Shown: one piece after another, positions 12,470 through 22,675 of the stretch
How the letters are laid out: each line of letters opens with the position of its first letter
How positions within the stretch are numbered: the first letter of the stretch is position 1
Assembly (NCBI RefSeq): GCF_001194135.2
Contig: NC_069000.1
Span: forward strand, 2,362,613-2,426,612
From: Octopus bimaculoides
Lineage: Eukaryota
Length of the DNA stretch: 64,000 nucleotides
Direction: 5' to 3'
Translations under genes and position numbers: made by a program
The notes under the pieces: model-generated
Database searches by the model: none
What the model was told of the DNA's origin: nothing
Seen by the model: only the letters and a program-made list of their open reading frames with translations

Positions 12470-13159
12470 GTGCATGCGTGTGCACGTGGGCGTGCGTTTG
12501 TGTTCCAAATATATTAACATATAGTTGTGGATATATTATTAGTTGCATGTATGTGTATGTATGTAGGTATGTATGCGCGTAGGTATATACGTATACGTAC
12601 ACATGCGTCTCATCATAATAGCATAGATTTTTTTTTTTATCAAAGTCATGAAAATTCTTTATCACTGTCTTTAATTTGAAACCACGCTGTCAGTCGTCAT
12701 ATGTTCCATGTTTGCGAAATGATTAAAGTACATTTTTCTAATTTAGGCTCCGGGCATCAATTTCGAAGAAAACGAACCCAACAGAATACTGACCAACAGA
12801 AAATTTAAATTAAGAAGACAGAAAGCTGAAACTAATACCTCAGCGTTCCCTCCAGTTATTGAGTTAAACTTGCCTTTTTCTCACCACATTATCATTTCTA
12901 ATAAAATTCTTAATTTTCACAATTTAAGCATTCCTTTATTTTTCTTTTCTCGCGCAGATGGCGTCCATCTAATTGATATCAGTTTATTTTTTGTTATTAT
13001 TCCAATTCTGCACATCTGCTCGTCTACACTAATTGTGTTTTACGCTGTGATTTTTTAAAATTATTATTTTGAATAATAAATGGTAATTAAGGACATTTAA
13101 TATGTTCAAATATGATGGGAGTAACCCTCCTTATTTCTTGTTTTAGTTATTGAGCTAAT

Positions 13160-13335
13160 GTTCAACACCGATTGACAACTAGTGCTGGTTAATCTACAGC
13201 ACAAAACTTCCGACGGAATCTCTACCAATCTTGAAAGAATAAAGTACAGGTATCAATTTGTTCGACTGGAGCTTTCAGTCCAGTGTCCCAGCATGTCCGC
13301 ACTCCTATATCTAAAACAAAAAAATAAAGAAGATA
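13160..13335 (+). mobile_element. Decayed SINE family A, 3' portion
   Basis: gaataaagtacaggtatcaatttgttcgact...cccagcatgtccgca resembles the family A 3' region. Confidence 0.55.
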
Positions 13336-14032
13336 GAAGATAACAATAATACAAAATGTATACATAAATTAGTTGGCATATACGCATTCAATCCAAGTCA
13401 TGTGAGAATTGTGTGTTCGTGTTTGGTATTCTGAACCTTTTTTGCTTCCCTATAAAGAACTGTGCCCCGTTATCTGTCTTATCACATTGCGACAAGGAGA
13501 ACAATGTATACTTACCAGTGTATCAAGCTGTAATATTCTCAAGTATTGCTTCGTACTATATACCGTCACCGGTTCAAAAACTGCGTTTGTACTAACCAAA
13601 AAAAAAAAAAAAAAAAAAAAAAGAAAGTAAGAAAAAAAGATTCCTTGAAGATCTCAGATTTGATATATTCATTTTGTAACGATGCATAGCAAAAGATTCA
13701 GTCCGTTATTGCTTTTTGTTTATTTTTTTTTACAGAGGGTGGGGGAATATATATATTTTTTATATCTTTAATCATAATTTGTAGGTCATACAAATAATAG
13801 GTTTTATATAGAATAGAGGCGCTGCTTAGCTTAAAAGAAATAATATAAATTTGGGTGCAGCACGGTCCATAAACTCTGCAAACATATTTAGATGTTTTCC
13901 AAGTAGATTGAAAATTCATCGATCTGTTATTCTTGGCACTGATCTGAAAGATAATATCGATTAGTTTTTCAGATAGTTCGTCGGAAATGTTGACTACTAG
14001 CACGGCCTGATAAAAGTTCTCAAGTCACTTAC

Positions 14033-14159
14033 GCTTTGGGTAACAAGAGACGGTTCGATCATGTTGAATTTAAAGATAAAGTGACAAATAAGTAATTGAA
14101 AATAAAGAACAATTTGATCGTATTGAAAGCAAAGCACGCCTTTCTTTTGACACGACCAT
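14033..14159 (-). CDS. Candidate 127-nt exon, unidentified (possibly UTR)
   Basis: Acceptor gttatctttacag| and strong donor |gtaagt. One open frame ending ...NMIEPSLVTQS. Confidence 0.18.
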
Positions 14160-14254
14160 CTGTAAAGATAACAGGATTTAAAATGCTGCTGGTGCTTTAT
14201 ATCTAAATTAATACTTCATATTCTAACTTCGTTTTACAATTTGTGATTTGTGCT

Positions 14255-14374
<120 letters not shown>

Positions 14375-14970
14375 TGATTGTGGTAAAGCCTCTACTGAGA
14401 ATAATTGAGTTCAATGGTTCATTAGTAGTCTTACTAGTCTTTTGGGACGTTTATTACTATTTGCAAATGAAGATTTTTAGATAAAAAGTGATCATTATTA
14501 ATATCGCTTAATCGCTGCTGTGCACGACGCTGATATCACCTTCATTTCCGGTGGTGTGAAGCAGACACTCAGACACTCACACACAGGTATTCACAAATCA
14601 GTGTATATATAAATACATGGCAACACGTATATATACATATGCACGCACACACAACACACATACGTGTATATAAGCATATACATACATGAATACACACGCA
14701 CACACACACACACGCAAATACATATTAATATATACATTATTGTTAAGCAAGAATGTTGATGACAATGACTTCGAAGTTTTGGCTGGTAAAATCATCACCG
14801 GAATACAATGCATTGGAGTTAGTCTTGTCTTTATATAATCTCTACTGATTTAAAACTGTCATCAAGAATAATAAATTTGTACTCTACAAATGGAGTAAAC
14901 TATCATATATGTATGCATACACACATATATATATACATATATACACACATACATACATATCTATGTATCT

Positions 14971-15154
14971 AGAAGAAGGAGAAGCAGAAGAAGAAGAAGA
15001 AGAAGAAGAAGAAGAAGAAGAAGAAGAAAAAGAAGAAGAAGAAGAAGAAGAAGAAGAAGAAGAAGAAGAAGAAGAAGAAGAAGAAGAAGAAGAAGAAGAA
15101 GAAGAAGAAGAAGAAGAAGAAGAAGAAGAAGAAGAAGAAGAAGAAGAAGAAGAA
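14971..15154. repeat. (GAA)n microsatellite, about 60 units
   Basis: Seen directly. It abuts the 3' end of the minus-strand SINE. Confidence 0.97.
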
Positions 15155-15450
15155 TCTGGCACTCCGTCGGTTGCGATCAATGGAATAGCCTGCTCGAGCG
15201 ATTAACGTGCAAAGGGGCTGAGCACTCCACAAACACGTGTTCTCAGGGAGATTAAGCGTGACGCAGAATATGTAAACAGAGAAAAACAAAACAAGTGACG
15301 TTTGAATTATAGGTACAACTGATGTATCCCAACTGAGTGGACTGCAAGAACGTGAAAGGATGTGTCTTGGTGACGGAAACAACGCCTTGTCGAGATTCGA
15401 AATCACGACGTCGCAATCGTCAGCCGATTACGCTAACCACTAACCTACAT
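15155..15450 (-). mobile_element. Near full-length tRNA-derived SINE (family C) with a (TTC)n tail
   Basis: The head on the minus strand reads ttagtggttagcgtaatcggctgacgattgcgacgtcgtgatttcgaatc. The 3' end gacggagtgcc is shared with the copies at 16930 and 41105. Confidence 0.8.
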
Positions 15451-15750
15451 ATATCTATACTACCGGATTCCTTGAATCCATATATTGTAACTTAAATTTA
15501 AATGTGTATGTACGGACGCATGTAAAAGTGTATGTAGAATGCGATATCAGTTGCATCGTACAACGAGCATCATTCCTGTATATACTTCAGTGGCAACAGA
15601 GAAAACTGAGAATAGAGCACGTATTGAATGCATACATATATACATATATATGTACATGTATAGATATANNNNNNNNNNAACTGAGAATAGAGCACGTATT
15701 GAATGCATACATATATACATATATATGTACATGTATAGATATAGATACAC

Positions 15751-15785
<35 letters not shown>

Positions 15786-15951
15786 TATATATGTATATAC
15801 ATGTATATATATATATATATATAGAGAGACGTATACATGTGCATATATAAATGTACACATATACATATATATTCAATTACACTTAACTACCTTAAGATTA
15901 AGTTTTCATGAGTTTTATCTTCATAAATAACCATTTTATGTTACAAATCAC

Positions 15952-16008
15952 CTTCCTTGAATGGTGGGGACCGGCTCTTTGTATCGGTGATTGAGCTGCA
16001 ACTAAAAT
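15952..16008 (-). CDS. Candidate 57-nt symmetric exon (FSCSSITDTKSRSPPFKE or ILVAAQSPIQRAGPHHSRK), unidentified
   Basis: GC-rich island exactly bounded by acceptor ttttgtattactttcag| and donor aag|gtgatt. Length is divisible by 3 and two frames are open. Confidence 0.3.
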
Positions 16009-16034
16009 CTGAAAGTAATACAAAATTACATACC

Positions 16035-16037
<3 letters not shown>

Positions 16038-16076
<39 letters not shown>

Positions 16077-16545
16077 NNNNNNNNNNNNNNNNNNNNNNNN
16101 NNNNNNNNNNNNNNNNNNNNNNNNNNNNNNNNNNNNNNNNNNNNNNNNNNNNNNNNNNNNNNNNNNNNNNNNNNNNNNNNNNNNNNNNNNNNNNNNNNNN
16201 NNNNNNNNNNNNNNNNNNNNNNNNNNNNNNNNNNNNNNNNNNNNNNNNNNNNNNNNNNNNNNNNNNNNNNNNNNNNNNNNNNNNNNNNNNNNNNNNNNNN
16301 NNNNNNNNNNNNNNNNNNNNNNNNNNNNNNNNNNNNNNNNNNNNNNNNNNNNNNNNNNNNNNNNNNNNNNNNNNNNNNNNNNNNNNNNNNNNNNNNNNNN
16401 NNNNNNNNNNNNNNNNNNNNNNNNNNNNNNNNNNNNNNNNNNNNNNNNNNNNNNNNNNNNNNNNNNNNNNNNNNNNNNNNNNNNNNNNNNNNNNNNNNNN
16501 NNNNNNNNNNNNNNNNNNNNNNNNNNNNNNNNNNNNNNNNNNNNN

Positions 16546-16606
<61 letters not shown>
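16038..16606. repeat. (TA)n, N gap (16077-16545), then (CA)n
   Basis: Seen directly; assembly gap within microsatellites. Confidence 0.95.
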
Positions 16607-16612
<6 letters not shown>

Positions 16613-16929
16613 AAATACGAAGGCAGAATCTTATATAAATGGTAATATTTTAACGTCGCTGTGTCTCGTTTACACATCAGTCAGTCATTGTTGAATAGAC
16701 GTATGAAAGACTTTCCAGCCACGACTATCTCATTTTTTTTATTACGACAGTGGTTGTATGAATATATACTATCCAGTGTGTCATTATAGTGTGGTATAAG
16801 GCTAGTTTCGTCGTTAATTTAACACTCCGTTCAGTTGCGGAATGTATATGCGCCAAAGGAACGTATGGTTAGGGCAGGAATCTTCATGTATATTTACTTT
16901 CATGGTTGTCCACACACAGACACGCAGAC

Positions 16930-17200
16930 ACTCCGCCGTGTCACTCCGTCGGTTACGACGACGAGGGTTCCAGTTGATCCGATCAACGGAACAGCTTGCT
17001 GGTGAAATTAACGTGCAAGTGGTTGAGCACTCCACAGACACGTGTACCCTTAACGTAGTTTTCGAGGAGATTCAACGTGACACAGCGTGTGACAAGGCTG
17101 GCCCTTTGAAATACAGATACAACAGAAACAGGAAGAAAGAGTGAGAGAAAGTTGTGGTGAAAGAGTAGAGCAAGGTTCTCCATCACCATCTCGCGACATA
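16930..17200 (-). mobile_element. SINE 3' part (family C tail with an alternative central domain)
   Basis: actccgtcggttacgacgacgagggttccagttgatccgatcaacggaacag...gacaaggctggccctttgaaa aligns with 41108-41280. Confidence 0.85.
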
Positions 17201-17859
17201 CTGGAGATGATTTGAGATATACGATGGTTATATATTTAATCTCAGACCGAATTATATGGCACTTAACCGCTTTAACTGCCATGTAGTTTTGTTTTCTTAA
17301 TCCGTCAATTGATTAATCATGCTATTTAAGAACAAGAAATGTCCTGCCTGCGATTTACAAATGTTTTCCCAGTCTACAAATTTTATTTAATCTCATTAGT
17401 TCAGGTGTCCTGAGTACATGTTAGAACAATCTTAGTTGTTGTGTAGTGAGATTGAACACGAAGCCACGTAGTTCTGAAGCCGACTTCATCACACCGTAGT
17501 CATAAAAGTCATCTATTTCCTTTATTCTAGTGTTCTATTGTTTGTACAATTCGGTCCACTTGATGTTTCAATGATTAAAAGAAAGATATGAAACAGCGAG
17601 TAAAATATTTGTTGGATACAAAGTTGAGCAGAGAAAATGTATGGAATCTAATTCCCTCTGAGTGATAATGTTTATTTGATGTTCTTTATAAATCGGCATT
17701 AAGAAAAGATTAAACAGAGGAAAAATCTGTATATAGAAACATAAAGCTCGTTCAAAATCCATAATCTGTAACATCCAAGGACCAACGTTTGTAGGTATTT
17801 ACCTACCCAAAGATAATTCGAAGAGTTGATTTAATAATCCTGCGTGTAAAGTCAAAATT

Positions 17860-18080
17860 GATTCTACCTCAAAGGGGATTTATGGATTGTTGATAATCAT
17901 CCTGAAAGAAAAGAAGAGATCAAATAATCTGAAATATGCGAAGGAGGAAACCGTAATGGCTTTAAAATCAAACGACAATATATTTAAAGATTATAAAATG
18001 ATTCAGCAAGGAAACAGACATTGTTTCACTTTGGTAGCAAATCAGATCATAATGTCGAAAACGGTTGAATAATTATATAA
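17860..18080 (+). mobile_element. Decayed RTE-type LINE reverse transcriptase fragment
   Basis: Reads KGDLWIVDN...EIK*SEI...RNGFK..R, resembling the RTE motif PKKGDL..xNYRGI...NQNGFR..RS. Contains stops and frameshifts. Confidence 0.4.
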
Positions 18081-18384
18081 CAACGTAAGAGTAAGGTGAT
18101 CAGAGAAAACATATTGAAAGCGATAAATACGGGATGCGGAAAATAAAATACCCGTATGTGTGTAGGCTAAAGAGAGATAAACCATTTTGTTCATAAATAT
18201 CGTCAGGTAGTTTTTAAATAGATTAGATATTATGTGTGCATATGAATTTTATCATTGGTCGGGTGGCGTATTAAGTTGTGCGAAATACATGAAAGTTATG
18301 ATAATTTCTTAAGTAATATATATATGTGTGTGTCTGTGTGTGCGTATGTCTGTATGTAAGTATGTATGTATGCATGTATGTATA

Positions 18385-18650
18385 TGAAACCATGATGCAC
18401 ATGGTTCCGAATTCAAGTCCCACTCCGTGGAATTTTGGGCAAGTGTCTTCTGTTATAGATGTGGGCCGTCTAAAGCCTTGTGAGTGGATTTAGCTTCTGT
18501 ACGTGCTTTGTACTAATGTGATTCTACAAAAGTGAACGATAAAATAAGTACTACTCTCAAAGAACCGAAGGGAGTCCATTTGTCCGACTAAAACCCATTA
18601 AGCCGATGCTCCAGAATGGCTGAAATACAACGAAGAAAAGAGCTAAAAGA
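18385..18650 (+). mobile_element. SINE family A, internally deleted
   Basis: cacatggttccg..gtcccact..gtgg..ttgggcaagtgtcttct..gccttgtgagtggattt and a ccgatgctccagaatggc tail. Confidence 0.8.
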
Positions 18651-19038
18651 CAAAAGGTAGAATCCACTAAAATATTGTGTGACCCTATCAGATATGATTG
18701 CTATGTGTTAACCAAAGCCAACCGGAATCAGAAATAAACATTAGAATATCTTCAAGATGAAACTTTCTTCCAAAGGAAAACAGAGTAATAAGTAGAATTG
18801 TGTGACTGCGATCAAAGTGAAGACAACGAGCAAATACGTCTTCAAAAAGAGAGGTAAGAAAATAAATTCAAGTAATAAAACGTATATATACTAAAAGCAA
18901 AATATTTGTGACAATAATATGGATTTGTTTTATGAAATCTTGTGTGCAAAAAAATCGATTGCAATAGTGCTTCAAAAAAAAGTATACCATTATCTGATAT
19001 AATTACTGGGAGAATATATCGTGTGGTTGTATTATATA

Positions 19039-19091
<53 letters not shown>

Positions 19092-19211
19092 AGGGAGAAT
19101 TCACAAAAAAGTAAAAGACGAAGACGGGTGGTGTAGAAAACAAACAGATGTATTAATATAACGCTCGGGAAGTGAAAAAGTCTTTAACGATTCGAGCCTA
19201 CACTCTTTCAC

Positions 19212-19213
<2 letters not shown>
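19092..19213 (-). mobile_element. Short Penelope-like terminal-repeat (pLTR) remnant embedded in (TA)n
   Basis: Closely similar to 34362-34417. The minus strand begins ctgtgaaagagtgtaggctcgaatcgtt, a decayed minimal hammerhead-like motif. (TA)n lies on both sides. Confidence 0.55.
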
Positions 19214-19242
<29 letters not shown>

Positions 19243-19944
19243 CGAACGCTGGCGAGTTTAGATGAACACAGGTCAAAAAAAGAAAATATTGATCCGTAAC
19301 GTGCAGCATTTCAGGTTTCCTGTCAAGATTCCATACACGTTGTAGAATTTACAGATTTCGGACACACACAGACACACACGTGTGCGTGTGTATGCGTGTG
19401 TATATGTTTCTGTTTATGGATGATCAATAAAACGAAATAAGAATATATTCTCTGACATAATGCACGTAATACAGAAGGTGCCAAATATGTTTGCAGCAAG
19501 GTGTGATTTTTGATATAGCTGATATCGACAGGTTGGTCAAGTTATAGGCATCTTGCACTCTACAACTCAGCTAAAACACCTGTGTCCGGAATATTTATGC
19601 TTAGCTCTGACTTTAATGATAGTCAATGACACCTACTCACCTTTGATTTTATTAGTATTGTTGTAAATGGACGTCTTATTCAGTTTCCTCTACATCATTG
19701 TTTCCGAAACTGTTTCATCCAACCCAGGCCTCACTATAACTCTCCATAAAAATGTATCACATTTTGGTGGTTGGAAAAAATTCAAATTTATTAAAAGTTT
19801 TTTTTATCGCAAAAAATTAATACAAAAGAATCTAAAGGTAACTCGTTTATTAAGTACTGCGTACAAAAATTATTGCATTATATAAAGAAGCATTGGTTAT
19901 AGAACAAACATTAAATTTGGGTCAACGCCTTTATATATAAAGTC

Positions 19945-20051
19945 ATACTAGCTACGGTGGTACATATTCTAAAATCGGAAAGATACAGAGAAGATCAGCA
20001 TGGCCCCTGCGCAGGGATGACTCGTAAATTTGTGAAGCGTTCCTTATTTTT
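19945..20051 (+). pseudogene. U6: Full-length U6 snRNA copy (diverged, probably a pseudogene)
   Basis: Ungapped 107-nt match to human U6 as I recall it, with 16 differences by my count. Retains ACAGAGA, AGC, the ISL and a terminal T5. Confidence 0.92.
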
Positions 20052-20056
20052 CAAAT

Positions 20057-20479
20057 AGGTGGAGGAGTGGCTGTGCGGTAAGTAGCATGCTTACCAACCA
20101 CATGGTTCCGGGTTCAGTCCCACTGCGTGGCACCTTGGGTAAGTGTCTTCTACTACAGCCTCAGGCCGACCAAAGACTTGTGAGTGGATTTGGTATACGG
20201 AAACTTAAAGAAGCCCATCGTATATATGTATATACGTGTATGTGTATGCGTGTGTATGTGTTTGTGTGTCTGTATTTGTCCCCCCAACATCGCTTGACAA
20301 CCGATGCTGGTGTGTTTACGTCCCCATATCCTAGCGGTTTGGCAAAAGATCGACCGATAGAATACGTACTAAGCTTAGAATACGTACTAAGTTCTGGGGT
20401 CAATATGTTCGACTAAAAGCGGTGCTCCAGCATGGCCTCACTCAAATGACTGAAACCAGTCAAAGAGTAAAAGAGTAAA
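20057..20479 (+). mobile_element. Full-length tRNA-derived SINE family A
   Basis: Head ggagtggctgtgcggtaag..ggttccgggttcagtccc, core ccttgggtaagtgtcttctact, internal TA/TG microsatellite, 3' ggcggtgctccagcatggcc..gactgaaac and an (aaagagt)n tail. Confidence 0.92.
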
Positions 20480-20577
20480 GACCCAAATTTAATGTTTGTT
20501 CTATAACCAATGCTTCTTTATCTTCGTCTCATTTATATTTGAGCACTTCTTTTGCAGTCCTATAAACCCTTAAAACA

Positions 20578-20625
20578 CTTGACGCGTAATCACAGAGATG
20601 TGAGTTCGAGTCTCATGGCTGGCCA
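20578..20625 (+). pseudogene. tRNA-like 3' half (anticodon-like loop, T-arm, acceptor 3' strand)
   Basis: T-arm gtgag-TTCGAGT-ctcat, then ggctggcca and a T5 at 20634-20638. The D-arm and 5' strand are absent. Confidence 0.5.
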
Positions 20626-21698
20626 GTAGCGTATTTTTCTACAATGTATGGTTAATTTATCCTGATCATGCTATTTATAGCAACATCACGCGTTTGAGAA
20701 ATAAATTTATTTCTGTATCTTACAATACATCTCAACGCTTCTAAAAACAAACTTTGTTTACTTTCATCGTAAAGTTGAATTTTTCTATAAAAAGAGACAA
20801 ATGTTATTTTTTCTTGTTGTATATGTACATATATCTGTGTATGTGTGTGTGTATATGTATGTGTGTGTGTATATGTATGTGTGTGTGTGTGTGTTCTTTG
20901 TTCGAATTAAACCTTATACATTTTATAGAGTAAAACATAGCGTCTATGAACACCTAGATTCAGGCATCGAAGCTTTAGTACAATGTAAATATTGAATACT
21001 TATTCGTTTCTGCCAAAGCTGACACCGATAGTTTAATAAACCATCATCTTATTAAACATATAACTTTAGTCAAGTATTTAATGTAAAAATAGACTTATAC
21101 TACAGCGTTAAACTAAAGGTATTGTGAAATATCACGTTAGATGTGTCTTTTGAATAAGACTCTCGAAGTTATTCGATTGCACTCAAGACACATCGGCAGA
21201 TCAAAGTGTGAAATTTTAGGACGGAAGTTTGGAAGATGGTAGGAAATTTATTTGAAATAAAATACATGCGATTCTACATAAAGGTATATTTCATGTTAAA
21301 GTATTTTTTCATGTTAAACTAAGCAAAAATGTTCTAGATAAAGAAATTTATTCACTTTTCACACATACTGTTTACAAGAACGTTTAAAATGATTGGGAAT
21401 AGACTTAAAGAGAAACACGAATTTAAAGGAAACAAAACAAAATAATTACAAACATTTGTAGTCTTTTAATACAAGTAGGTAATATGTTCTAGTGTCCCGT
21501 AAAATCAATTAAGCTGGGGAAAAGTCTAATGTCAACACAAATTGAATAGAGCTACATTGGAAAAAGAAAGAAAATTAAAAACACAACCCGAAGAGACAAA
21601 GCATTAACGACAAGCAACAGACAACTAATAAACAAACAGCAGACATAACTTATTGAAAACAGACAAGCGAGCTATCACCTGACCTAAGCAATAAAACT

Positions 21699-21870
21699 CA
21701 CACAAACACACAAACACACAAACACACAAACACACAGACACACAAACACACAAACACACAAACACACAAACACACAAACACACAAACACACAGACACCCA
21801 AACACACAAACACACAAACACACAGACACACAAACACACAAACACACAGACACACAAACACACAAACACA
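21699..21870. repeat. 8-bp minisatellite (CACAAACA)n with CACAGACA variants, about 21 units
   Basis: Seen directly. Confidence 0.95.
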
Positions 21871-22029
21871 TGTGCACTTGGTGTGCGTGTGGAAGCATAC
21901 GTACAAATATACACACGTGTACATATATATGTATACTCAGAAAACTACAGACTCAATATATGAGTGTGTGTGTGTGTATACACACACACACACATATATA
22001 TACACACAAATACACATACGTACATATTT

Positions 22030-22365
22030 CTCTATTCTTTTTGTCACTTACTGGTTTCAGTCATTTGACTGCGGCCATGCGTGACCTTGGGAAAGTGGCT
22101 TTAACTCTGGTGTCGGACTGAACAAAGCCATGTAAGTGGATATCGTACATAGAAACTGTAAAAAAGCTGATGTGGGTATGTCTCCTACCAGCACTTAGCA
22201 GCCGGGGTTGTGCTTTTGTCCACGTTACCTAGAGGTTCGGTGAAAGCGATCGAAAGAATAAGTAACATGGTTAAAATATTACTTATTGTTGTCGATTCAT
22301 TCTAGTAAAAACGCTTCAAGGTGATGACCCAGTATCACCGGAGACTAATAACTAAAAGAGGTAAA
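22030..22365. mobile_element. SINE family A pieces: minus-strand 3' end (22030-22080) joined to a decayed plus-strand body
   Basis: gtttcagtcatttgactgcggccatgc is followed directly by accttgggaaagtg...aagccatgtaagtggat. Confidence 0.7.
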
Positions 22366-22469
22366 TTTATGATACATGCAAGGCGCAGGTTCTTCTCAAC
22401 CATATTTGCAATAGAATTATATATTCAACAAACACTGGAAAATGTGATGTTGCAGGTGTATATTAAAAG

Positions 22470-22675
22470 ATTGGAGAACAGAGCGGAGTGAAAATAAAGT
22501 TCTGCTGGGTCGGATATTTCTCATAGTTCACGGACACCGAGTAGTATCCAAGGGATAGCAAAAGGAAACGTGAAAGGCTTCTACTAAGATGGGAGGAAGA
22601 TTTAGTGTAACAAATTGTGTGAAGACGGAAAAAATGTCGCAATAAAGACAGAATTGGAAGCGCATTGAGGACATT
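22470..22675 (+). mobile_element. RTE-clade LINE 3' end of ORF
   Basis: KIKFCWVGYFS*FTDTE*YPRDSKRKRERLLLRWEEDLV matches the RTE C-terminal pattern K..WAGH..R..D.RW...W.PR..KR.RGRP..RW.D. Confidence 0.75.

Larger units (their letters stand above)
19882..20521. repeat. Perfect 42-bp inverted repeat pair (19882-19923 and 20480-20521)
   Basis: ataaagaagcattggttatagaacaaacattaaatttgggtc and its exact reverse complement. Confidence 0.97.

Noticed and set aside
15604-15743. 65-bp direct duplication (15604-15668 and 15679-15743)
   Set aside because: The two identical copies straddle a 10-N gap, typical of unmerged overlapping contig ends. Probably an assembly artefact.
19635-19770. Strong minus-strand donor aag|gtgagt
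   Set aside because: No upstream acceptor gives an open frame.
19860-19944. Functional U6 promoter (PSE plus TATA)
   Set aside because: The TATA-like run is at about -14 to -5, and I cannot recognise a PSE.
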